From: an uncultured Bacteroidales bacterium
GTDB taxonomy: Bacteria; Bacteroidota; Bacteroidia; Bacteroidales; UBA12077
Assembly (NCBI GenBank): GCA_964587535.1
Contig: CAZPMA010000002.1
Location: 4,847 to 68,846 of the forward strand
Direction of reading: 5' to 3'
DNA length: 64,000 nucleotides
The translations under genes were made by a program, and so were the position numbers. A model generated the notes under the pieces. The model was not told the origin of the DNA, ran no database searches, and worked only from the letters and a program-made list of their open reading frames with translations. Below, piece after piece: positions 48,755 through 56,830 of this stretch (the stretch's first letter is position 1; each line of letters begins with the position of its first letter).

Positions 48755-49096
48755 TTATAACTCTTTTATTGGATCCCAGAAATGCTTTTCAAAATCAATA
48801 ATTTCATCATTACTAATTTTTATCCCCTCATTCTCCAAAAGTTGTTTCATAGTATTTGAATTTCCAAAATGATGTTTTCCTGTTAAAACACCTTTTCTGT
48901 TAACTACCCTATGGGCCGGCACATATTCTGTTTGAGAATGCGAATCGTTCATAGCCCATCCAACTATTCTTGCTGATTGTGCAGAACCAAGATATTTAGC
49001 AATAGCTCCATATGATGTTACCCTACCATGTGGTATTTTTCGGGCTACATCATAAACCTGATGAAAAAAACTTTCTTTATTCTTCGGGTTCTTCAA
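48755..49096 (-). CDS. MGMT-family DNA-binding protein lacking the acceptor cysteine (alkyltransferase-like, ATL)
   Basis: 113 aa. IPHGRVTSYGAIA helix-turn-helix region. The active-site motif reads VPAHRVVN instead of PCHRV, so the Cys is replaced by Ala. Confidence 0.7.
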   Translation of the reverse strand: MKNPKNKESFFHQVYDVARKIPHGRVTSYGAIAKYLGSAQSARIVGWAMNDSHSQTEYVPAHRVVNRKGVLTGKHHFGNSNTMKQLLENEGIKISNDEIIDFEKHFWDPIKEL

Positions 49097-49769
49097 GTTC
49101 GACTGTCGTATTTAATCTAAATTTAAGATAAGTAATTGGTTTCCCCTGCTCTAAAAATTGCTGCTCGTAAAATGTCTTTATTGATAAGATATTATCATCT
49201 ATACCAGAATTATATAAATCATTTGTGTCGATTAATTTCTCCAGCTTATTTAAATCAACTAAATTTCTTGTATAAGTAAATAATTCCTGGCTATCGGTTT
49301 TTAAGTTAACTATACCATTTTCTTTTAATAATTTCTGGTAGTATCCCAAAAACCTTGTTGAAGTTAGTCTTTTATAATACTTTTTTGGTTGTGGATCAGG
49401 AAAAGTAACCCACACTTCAGAAATTTCGCCTTGTGCAAAAAAAGAATTTATTAAATCGATTCTGGTTCTTATAAATCCTACATTTTTTATTCCTTCATCC
49501 AAAGCTGTTCTTGCTCCACGCCACATTCTAGCTCCTTTAATATCAATCCCAATATAATTAATAGCTGGGTTTTGCTTTGCCAGACCAACTGTATATTCGC
49601 CCTTCCCACATCCTAATTCTAAAACTACAGGATTTTCATTTTTAAAAAACTCTTTTGCCCAAAACCCTTTTAGCTTATAATCTTTTTTAAATACTTCGTC
49701 AAAAGAAGCCTGAATGACATGGTCGAAGGTTTCCATTTCGGCAAACCTGAATAATTTTTTTTTCCCCAC
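49077..49769 (-). CDS. trmB: tRNA (guanine46-N7)-methyltransferase
   Basis: 230 aa. LELGCGKGEYT SAM motif, VWVTFPDPQPKK, and RLTS..F typical of TrmB. Confidence 0.85.
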   Translation of the reverse strand: MGKKKLFRFAEMETFDHVIQASFDEVFKKDYKLKGFWAKEFFKNENPVVLELGCGKGEYTVGLAKQNPAINYIGIDIKGARMWRGARTALDEGIKNVGFIRTRIDLINSFFAQGEISEVWVTFPDPQPKKYYKRLTSTRFLGYYQKLLKENGIVNLKTDSQELFTYTRNLVDLNKLEKLIDTNDLYNSGIDDNILSIKTFYEQQFLEQGKPITYLKFRLNTTVELEEPEE

Positions 49770-49786
49770 GATTCTATGATTTTTAT

Positions 49787-50269
49787 CTACCGAAAATCTA
49801 CTTTTTCAATTCTTAATCCGATATCTGAAATATATTCCAGATTTTCAATTCTCATTCCTTGAATTAACTCAAATGTATAACTTCCTGAAACAGGAAATCG
49901 AATATTATTTTTATAAATAAACTGGTTTTCATAAATATCTCCCCATCCTTTTCCTGTCCATCTGCCACGTTTATCAGCTAAATAACATTCAAAAGTATCT
50001 TTTAGCTGGATTCCTGTTGGAGCAGTAGTTTTAATAAACAAGAAAAAGTTTTGCATTTCATATTGGGAAGTATTTCTAACATTCACATAAATATTATGAG
50101 CACTTATAGTGTCTTCAATATCAACCTTAAAGACCATAATTGAGTCTTTATTCCAGGTATAATTATGCAACTCAATATTATTCTCATAAACCTGGTTGGT
50201 ATCGCATGATAAAAAAACAACACTAAAAACAAAAAGAACAATAAGCTTTTTAATCAGATGTTTTTTCAT
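49787..50269 (-). CDS. gldH: Gliding motility lipoprotein GldH
   Basis: Start placed at ATG 50269 (MKKHLIKKLIVLFVFSVVFLSCD...), 160 aa. W.KD..V.F...I.D, N.FLFI, GRWTGKGWGD and DIGLRIE match my recollection of GldH. The holB-PSP1-gldH order is a common Bacteroidota synteny. Confidence 0.75.
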   Translation of the reverse strand: MKKHLIKKLIVLFVFSVVFLSCDTNQVYENNIELHNYTWNKDSIMVFKVDIEDTISAHNIYVNVRNTSQYEMQNFFLFIKTTAPTGIQLKDTFECYLADKRGRWTGKGWGDIYENQFIYKNNIRFPVSGSYTFELIQGMRIENLEYISDIGLRIEKVDFR

Positions 50270-51404
50270 TTCTTCCTGTATTTTTCCTGTTTTTATTCGG
50301 GCGTTTTTTTCGTTTTTTATTTTTCTTGTCATCAAAACGAGTTAAACTTTCCTGACCAACAACATTGTGATAATCTAATTTTCCATCAACCACATCCACT
50401 GACTTGTCTATTAATTCATCCACTTTAATACCTTTTTTATTAAGAGCCATGATTTCTTTTACTCTTTCTACAGGAACAGGTATAAAATTTACCATATTTT
50501 GTGGATCGAAAGTATACCACATAATATTTCTAAAGATATCTGTTTTTGTATGATGAGCCTGGCCTGTTTTGGTTTCTAAAATAACTTCTTTCGCAGGAAA
50601 ATCTTTTTGTGCATCAATATATGAATCTAACTCATAATTTAAGCAACATTTTAGTTTACCGCATTGTCCGGCAAGTTTCTGTGGATTTAATGAGATCTCC
50701 TGATAACGAGCTGAATTTGTTGTTACAGAAATAAAATTTGTAATCCATGTAGAACAGCAAAGTTCTCTTCCACATGATCCTATTCCGCCTATACGTCCCG
50801 CTTCTTGTCTCGCACCTATTTGGCGCATCTCAATACGAATCTTAAATTTTTCTGCTAAAATTTTTATTAATTCACGAAAATCTACTCTTTCATCTGCTAT
50901 ATAGTAAAATATTGCTTTTGTCTTATCTCCCTGATATTCTACATCGCCTATTTTCATATCAAGTTTAAGGTCCGATGCAATCTTTCTGGTTTCAAGCATA
51001 GTATTATTTTCTAAAGATGTTGCTTCATACCATTTCTCAAGATCAGCAGGTTTAGCTTTTCGATATATCTTTTTAAACTCCGTTTCTTCAATATTAATCT
51101 CATGCTTATGCATCTGTAGCTTAACAATTTCGCCTGTTAAAGATATTATTCCTATATCATGACCAGGAGAAGCTTCAACGGCAACCATATCTCCTTTTTT
51201 TAATCGTAATCCATTAACATTCAAGAAAAATTCTTTTCTTGTATTCTTAAACCTTACTTCTACAATATCTACCTTTTGCAGAGATTCAGGAATGTTATTT
51301 AACCAATCGAAAGTTTGAAGCTTTCCATGGCTTTCATTATTATAACAATTACTACATAATGATATATTGTTATCAGGCTGATGTCCTGTATTTTCTTTGT
51401 CCAT
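50250..51404 (-). CDS. PSP1-domain protein (RicT/YaaT-like)
   Basis: 384 aa. PSP1 C-terminal block with a Cys-rich stretch GSCGRELCCSTW...AGQCGKLKCCLNYE. Basic K/R-rich tail. Confidence 0.8.
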   Translation of the reverse strand: MDKENTGHQPDNNISLCSNCYNNESHGKLQTFDWLNNIPESLQKVDIVEVRFKNTRKEFFLNVNGLRLKKGDMVAVEASPGHDIGIISLTGEIVKLQMHKHEINIEETEFKKIYRKAKPADLEKWYEATSLENNTMLETRKIASDLKLDMKIGDVEYQGDKTKAIFYYIADERVDFRELIKILAEKFKIRIEMRQIGARQEAGRIGGIGSCGRELCCSTWITNFISVTTNSARYQEISLNPQKLAGQCGKLKCCLNYELDSYIDAQKDFPAKEVILETKTGQAHHTKTDIFRNIMWYTFDPQNMVNFIPVPVERVKEIMALNKKGIKVDELIDKSVDVVDGKLDYHNVVGQESLTRFDDKKNKKRKKRPNKNRKNTGRNEKTSD

Positions 51405-51494
51405 ATTTCTATGTTTTAATATATTGTCACCCTTTTACCTACAGCTTCACATCACATTCATAAAAAGGCTTATAAAATGCAAAAGTAATATAAA

Positions 51495-52622
51495 TTACTT
51501 TTTAATCAATTTAATAATCTTTAAAGCAAGGTCTAAAAACACAATTTTATTATACGCATTCATTTCAATATCTATATGCGCTCTATTTACAACTTCGTAT
51601 AACTGATAAACATTCTCTTTGTTTATAAATTGTGAGAATTTCTCAGAAAAATCCAGTTCCTTGTTTGTTAAATGTACTAATTCCCTGCTTTTTATATTTA
51701 GCATAAAGTTTTCTCTTATTAACCTTAAGGCATATGCTAAAAAACTTTTTTGTTTTTCACGTCCTAATTTTGAAATTTCATCTGCCCATTCAATTAGCTC
51801 AATTACTTTTCGTTGATAAGAAAGTCGCATTAAGGTCATAAAATTTTCGAGATTATAATTCTCCTGATCAGAAGTTTGAATCAGATGTTGAGCATCATAA
51901 TAATTACCATCAGACAGATGAGCAATATCCCGGGCCATTTGTGGTTCAAGGCCAAAATTATCACTTAAAGCCTGCATCATGCTGTCATTATCAATTTTAT
52001 GTATTTTGATTAATTGTGTTCGTGACAATATTGTAGGAATTATTTGTTCTGAATTTTCAGCCACTAATAAAAATAAAGTCTTTTCTGGTGGTTCTTCAAT
52101 AAGTTTTAACAGTTTATTTGCTGCGTAGGCATTCATTTTCTCTGGAAGCCAAATGATCATAATCTTATATTCAGATTCAAACGTTTTAAGGTTTAGCTTC
52201 CTAAGAATTTCATAACTTTCATTTTTATTTATTATTCCCTGTTTATTTTCCACATCAATTATCTCATACCATTTATTTTCTATCAAATACGGATTTTCTA
52301 ATATTGTTTCTCTCCACTGCTCGATATAATCATCACTAACAGGATCCTTTTTAATTGTTTTAGAAGTTGCAACAGGATAAACAAAATGCAAGTCGGGATG
52401 TACAAGTTTTTTAACTTTTTGGCACGATGGACATACTCCGCATGAATCATTCTCCTGTTTATTTTCGCACGATAAATATTGTGCATATGCAATAGCTAAT
52501 GGTAAATTACCAGAACCTTTTGGTCCCAGAAATAATTGCGCATGGCTTACCCGATTTTCTTTAACCGTTTGAATTAACTTAACCTTTATTTCTTTGTGTC
52601 CTATTACTTCTTTAAATTGCAT
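51495..52622 (-). CDS. holB: DNA polymerase III delta-prime subunit
   Basis: 375 aa. HAQLFLGPKGSGNLPLAIAYAQYL, Zn-module cysteines (CGVCPSCQK), LLKLIEEPP, SRTQ sensor motif. Confidence 0.85.
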   Translation of the reverse strand: MQFKEVIGHKEIKVKLIQTVKENRVSHAQLFLGPKGSGNLPLAIAYAQYLSCENKQENDSCGVCPSCQKVKKLVHPDLHFVYPVATSKTIKKDPVSDDYIEQWRETILENPYLIENKWYEIIDVENKQGIINKNESYEILRKLNLKTFESEYKIMIIWLPEKMNAYAANKLLKLIEEPPEKTLFLLVAENSEQIIPTILSRTQLIKIHKIDNDSMMQALSDNFGLEPQMARDIAHLSDGNYYDAQHLIQTSDQENYNLENFMTLMRLSYQRKVIELIEWADEISKLGREKQKSFLAYALRLIRENFMLNIKSRELVHLTNKELDFSEKFSQFINKENVYQLYEVVNRAHIDIEMNAYNKIVFLDLALKIIKLIKK

Positions 52623-52747
52623 ATGTATTGTTAGTTATATTCTAATTTTCTTGCTATTAATAATTTGTTAATTTCTGTTATATCAGTACTCAAAGGTAAA
52701 TAAAAATATATGTTTATCTTTAACACTTCAATATAAAAGTAACCGAC

Positions 52748-55129
52748 ATGTATTCAATTGACAATTATAATTTCGAAGGTAAAAAAGTATTAATTCGTGT
52801 AGATTTTAACGTACCGTTAAATGACAAACTAGAAATTTCAGATGATACAAGAATTGTAACAGCAGTACCAACGATTCAGAAAATTTTAGCCGAAGGAGGC
52901 TCTATCATTTTATTAACCCACCTGGGAAGACCAAAAGGACAGTATAACGAAAAAATGTCTGTTAAAATAATACTTCCACGTGTAAGTAAATTATTAGGTC
53001 GGGAAGTAAAATTTGCGTCTGACTGTGTCGGTCCGGATGCCAAGAAAAAAGCTGAAGAACTTAAACCTGGTGAAGTCCTTTTATTAGAAAACTTGCGATT
53101 TCATAAAGAAGAAACAAATGCAGATGAAGAGTTTGCCAGAAAACTGGCAAGCTTAGGGGATGCATATGTAAACGATGCATTTGGAACTGCACACAGAAAA
53201 CATGCATCAACGTTTACTATTGCAAAATACTTCCCAAAAAACAGCATGTTTGGGTATCTTGTTGAAAACGAAATTAATAACATTGATAAAATATTACATC
53301 AACCAATTCATCCATTCACTGCAATTTTAGGGGGATCAAAAGTCTCTACTAAAATTCACATTATTGAATCTTTAATTGAAAAAGTTGATAATTTAATTAT
53401 TGCCGGGGGTATTGGTTTTACTTTTGCAAAAGCAATGGGTGGTAAAATAGGGAATTCATTGGTTGAGGATGACTTTTTAAATTTTGCTAAACATATTATC
53501 AGTAAAGCAGAAAAAAATAAAGTTAAATTATACTTACCTACAGATTGCATAGTTGCTAATGAATTTAAAAATGATGCTAAGATTGACCACTGCAATATTA
53601 TGGAAATACCAGATGGATGGATGGGATTAGATATTGGTATTAAATCTGCAAATCGTTTTGCTGAAGTTATAGAAAATTCGAAAAAAATACTCTGGAATGG
53701 TCCAATTGGGGTTTTTGAAATGCCGAGCTTCGCCATGGGTACTTTGAAAGTTGCAATGTCTGTTGCCAGAGCTACAGATAAAGGAGCATTTTCATTAATT
53801 GGTGGGGGCGATTCAATTGCTGCAGTTAATAAATATAGCCTGGCACATAAGATTAGTTATATCTCAACAGCAGGTGGTGCTTTGCTTGAATATCTGGAAG
53901 GAAAAGAATTGCCAAGTATTAAAGCAATTAAGCAGAATCTAACAATTGATAAGTATAATTTTGAAGGTAAAAAAGTGTTAATGCGTGTTGATTTTAATGT
54001 GCCATTAGATGAAAATTTTGAGATAATGGATACAACCAGAATCGTAACAGCATTACCAACTGTTCGTAAAATTTTAGCTGAAGGAGGATCCGTAATTTTC
54101 CTAACTCATATAGGTCGCCCAAAAGGTAAAGTAGATGAAAAATACTCCGTGAAACATATTTTACCATATTTAAATAAAGTACTTGATGGTAAAGTAAAAT
54201 TCGTTGATGACTGTGTAGGAGAAAAGGCAATTATTGCATCTACAGTTTTAAATCCTGGCGAATGCCTGTTACTTGAAAATCTGAGATTTCATAAAGAAGA
54301 AACAGAAGCTGACGAAAATTTTGCAAAAAAATTATCTGAACTTGGCGACGCATATGTTTTTAATGCTTTTGGGACTGCACACAGGGCTCATGCGTCGACA
54401 TATACTATTGCTAAATTCTTCCCGAATGATAAAATGTTTGGATATCTGGTAGAAAATGAAATTAGTAATATTGACAAAGTTGTTAAAAAAGGGAAAAGAC
54501 CATTTACTGCTATTTTAGGTGGGTCAAAAGTTTCTACCAAAATTCATATCATAGAAGCTTTAATTGAAAAAGTTGATAACCTGATTATAGGTGGTGGAAT
54601 TGCCTATACATTCTCTAAAGCAATGGGTGGTAAAATTGGTGATTCTTTAGTAGAAAATGATTATATTGATGTAGCTAAAAATATAATCATTAAAGCAAAA
54701 GAAAAAAACATAAACCTATACTTACCTACCGATTGTATCATTGCGGATGATTTTAAAAACGATGCAAATATTGAACATTGCGAAATTAATCAGATTAAAG
54801 ATGGATGGATGGGATTAGATGCAGGTATAAAATCTACCAACAAGTTTACTGAAGTTATTGAAAGTTCTGCTACAATATTATGGAATGGTCCTGTGGGAGT
54901 TTTTGAAATGTCGAATTTCTCGATGGGCACATTAAAAATAGCAATGGCAGTTGCTCGCGCAACAGATAAAGGAGCATTCTCATTAATTGGAGGTGGAGAT
55001 TCTATCTCCGCAGTTAATAAATTTAGTCTTGCTCATAAAATAAGTTATATTTCAACTGCTGGTGGTGCTTTATTAGAATATATTGAAGGAAAACAGTTGC
55101 CTGCATTAAAGGCAATTGTTGAAGATATT
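52748..55129 (+). repeat. Internal tandem duplication, about 1.19 kb per unit, diverged (PGK unit 1 / PGK unit 2)
   Basis: Junction at 53941/53942: ...AAG CAG AAT CTA | ACA ATT GAT AAG TAT AAT TTT GAA GGT. Unit 2 aligns to unit 1 from codon 3. The units look roughly 70% identical in amino acids by eye, with many synonymous differences even in blocks with identical residues. Confidence 0.85.
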
Positions 55130-55132
55130 TAA
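52748..55132 (+). CDS. pgk: Tandem double phosphoglycerate kinase: two complete PGK units fused in one polypeptide
   Basis: 794 aa. Unit 1 is residues 1-398 (nt 52748-53941) and unit 2 is residues 399-794 (nt 53942-55129). Each has RVDFNVP, D(D/T)TRI, TH(L/I)GRPKG, LENLRFHKEE, AFGTAHR(K/A)HAST, AILGGSKVSTKIHII, WNGP(I/V)GVFEM, IGGGDSI, STAGGALLEY. Confidence 0.85.
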   Translation: MYSIDNYNFEGKKVLIRVDFNVPLNDKLEISDDTRIVTAVPTIQKILAEGGSIILLTHLGRPKGQYNEKMSVKIILPRVSKLLGREVKFASDCVGPDAKKKAEELKPGEVLLLENLRFHKEETNADEEFARKLASLGDAYVNDAFGTAHRKHASTFTIAKYFPKNSMFGYLVENEINNIDKILHQPIHPFTAILGGSKVSTKIHIIESLIEKVDNLIIAGGIGFTFAKAMGGKIGNSLVEDDFLNFAKHIISKAEKNKVKLYLPTDCIVANEFKNDAKIDHCNIMEIPDGWMGLDIGIKSANRFAEVIENSKKILWNGPIGVFEMPSFAMGTLKVAMSVARATDKGAFSLIGGGDSIAAVNKYSLAHKISYISTAGGALLEYLEGKELPSIKAIKQNLTIDKYNFEGKKVLMRVDFNVPLDENFEIMDTTRIVTALPTVRKILAEGGSVIFLTHIGRPKGKVDEKYSVKHILPYLNKVLDGKVKFVDDCVGEKAIIASTVLNPGECLLLENLRFHKEETEADENFAKKLSELGDAYVFNAFGTAHRAHASTYTIAKFFPNDKMFGYLVENEISNIDKVVKKGKRPFTAILGGSKVSTKIHIIEALIEKVDNLIIGGGIAYTFSKAMGGKIGDSLVENDYIDVAKNIIIKAKEKNINLYLPTDCIIADDFKNDANIEHCEINQIKDGWMGLDAGIKSTNKFTEVIESSATILWNGPVGVFEMSNFSMGTLKIAMAVARATDKGAFSLIGGGDSISAVNKFSLAHKISYISTAGGALLEYIEGKQLPALKAIVEDI

Positions 55133-55346
55133 ATTCCATCATTTTAAAATGCTCCAAGCTAAATTGATCGTTCTATTTAGACAGCAATAAAAAATTCATA
55201 TTTGGATAAACTACATCAAAAATATTAAAAATCATTGATTGGATATTTTCTATTCAACCAGATAAGCGAGTAATAAAATCTTTTACATTTACAGTAGTAA
55301 AAGAGGACAAATTAACAGAATAATTAGAATAATTTTACAAAGAAAG

Positions 55347-55375
55347 AGATTACGTTTATATGTAATCTTTTTTTA
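55347..55375 (+). terminator. Rho-independent terminator downstream of the double-PGK gene
   Basis: AGATTAC-gtttatat-GTAATCT followed by TTTTTTT. It lies about 215 nt after the stop codon. Confidence 0.6.
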
Positions 55376-55437
55376 TTGCTAAAAAAACAAATTTGGAGTA
55401 AATTGCGTTTCCTTACATTAAACCTAACTCAATAAAC

Positions 55438-55443
55438 AGGAGG
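55438..55443 (+). promoter_or_regulatory. Perfect Shine-Dalgarno AGGAGG 5 nt upstream of the PGK-paralog ATG
   Basis: Sequence cAGGAGGtaaatATG. Same spacing as the SD of the malic enzyme gene. SDs are otherwise absent upstream of genes in this window. Confidence 0.6.
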
Positions 55444-55448
55444 TAAAT

Positions 55449-56735
55449 ATGCTCGATAAATATAATATTCCATCTATACAAGATGCAGACCTAAATGGCA
55501 AAGTTGTTTTAGTTCGAGTAGATCATAATGTTGTGAAAAAAGGCATAATACATGATCCATATCGAATTGATGCCACTATTGGAACTTTATACCACATTAA
55601 TGCCAGAGGAGGTAAGATAATTCTGATGTCGCATGTTGGCAGACCAAAAGATAAAAAAACAGGAGATATAATAATAAGTAAAGATACATCTGTTGAACCT
55701 ATTGTTGAGTACCTTAGAAACAAGCTCCACATCAACATGAAAATTCCTGATTTTTATCCACACGAAAACAAGGGATACATAGGAATTGAAACATCCATAA
55801 ATCATTTAATTCGAGAGCTTAAAGACGGTAAAATCGACGGAATTTATTTGCCAAATACCAGATGGTTCCAAGGAGAAGAAGCAAAAGGTGAAGATCAGGA
55901 TAGATTTGCCAATCAATTAGCCGGATTAGCAGATATCTTTGTAAATGATGCATTTGGATCATGGCAAGCACATGCTTCTACAGTAGGTGTTAATAAATAT
56001 TTGCCATCCTATGCCGGGTTTTTAATGCAAAAAGAAATTGAAAATCTGGAAAGAATTTATAGCCCACAATCGCCATTTATTGCTGTTGTTGCCGGCTCAA
56101 AGTTCGACACAAAAATTGATTCATTATATGCATTAATTAAAAAAGCAGATTACCTGGTCCTTGGTGGAGTAATCTATAATGCGTATTTGTGTGCGAAATA
56201 TGGAATCGAAATCAAAGGAATATCTAAGGACGATTTAGAACATGCAAAAGAATTCGTTAAATTTAGTGAACAATATCCGGGTAAACTGATAGAGCTTCCT
56301 TTTATTATTGAGTCTGATACCTTAGATGGTAAATTTGAAGGAAAAAATAGAGTGCACAACATTCATGAATTAAAATCAGGAACAAAGTTAAATTATATAT
56401 TAGATGTTGCTAAGCAATCCTTCTATGAAGAAAATATACATAAGATATTTTCTTCGGCAAGGACAATTTTTGTGAATGCGGTAATGGGATTTACACCACA
56501 TTTTAACGAAGGTACAATTGCTTTGGACGAATTAATTGATGAAAATGTGGAAGCAGTTAAGTTATATGGTGGTGGAGATACCATGCAAGAGTTAAAAAGA
56601 TTACTGCCCGGATTGTACATTGTTGCATTAGATAGTCCTAAATATTACATTTTTACTGGTGGCGGAGCAGTTTTAAAAGCAATACAAGAGGGAACAACTT
56701 TGGGAATTGAACCGGTAAAGGTTTTAACAAAATAA
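55449..56735 (+). CDS. Divergent phosphoglycerate-kinase-family paralog, substrate uncertain
   Basis: 428 aa. The PGK scaffold is recognisable (MSHVGRPKD, VNDAFGS..AHAST, AGSKFDTKI, YGGGDT, FTGGGAVL). Several substrate motifs are altered: RVDHNVV for RVDFNVP, LPNTRW for LENLRF, AFGSWQAHAS for AFGTAHRAHAS, NAVMGFTPHF for NGPxGVFE. Confidence 0.7.
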   Translation: MLDKYNIPSIQDADLNGKVVLVRVDHNVVKKGIIHDPYRIDATIGTLYHINARGGKIILMSHVGRPKDKKTGDIIISKDTSVEPIVEYLRNKLHINMKIPDFYPHENKGYIGIETSINHLIRELKDGKIDGIYLPNTRWFQGEEAKGEDQDRFANQLAGLADIFVNDAFGSWQAHASTVGVNKYLPSYAGFLMQKEIENLERIYSPQSPFIAVVAGSKFDTKIDSLYALIKKADYLVLGGVIYNAYLCAKYGIEIKGISKDDLEHAKEFVKFSEQYPGKLIELPFIIESDTLDGKFEGKNRVHNIHELKSGTKLNYILDVAKQSFYEENIHKIFSSARTIFVNAVMGFTPHFNEGTIALDELIDENVEAVKLYGGGDTMQELKRLLPGLYIVALDSPKYYIFTGGGAVLKAIQEGTTLGIEPVKVLTK

Positions 56736-56767
56736 ATATTTTTTGCATTTTTGCATTATAAAAATTA

Positions 56768-56800
56768 GAAGTCAGTTTGAATACTGGCTTCTTTTCTTCT
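56768..56800 (+). terminator. Rho-independent terminator after the PGK paralog
   Basis: GAAGTCAGT-ttgaat-ACTGGCTTC (9 bp including one G-U pair) followed by TTTTCTTCT. It lies inside the N-terminal extension of the PMM ORF given by the ORF track, which supports the later ATG for that gene. Confidence 0.7.
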
Positions 56801-56830
56801 AAATATTTCTTTTTAAATAATTTAATATAT

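Noticed and set aside
52748-55132. Double PGK as an assembly artefact (collapsed or expanded repeat), or as two genes merged by a sequencing error.
   Set aside because: The two units differ at a large fraction of nucleotide positions, including many synonymous sites, so they are not a duplicated read stack. The frame is continuous, and there is no remnant start codon, spacer or in-frame stop at the junction. A single-base error creating the fusion cannot be fully excluded without reads; an out-of-frame TAA sits at 53940-53942. It is therefore retained as a finding with that caveat.
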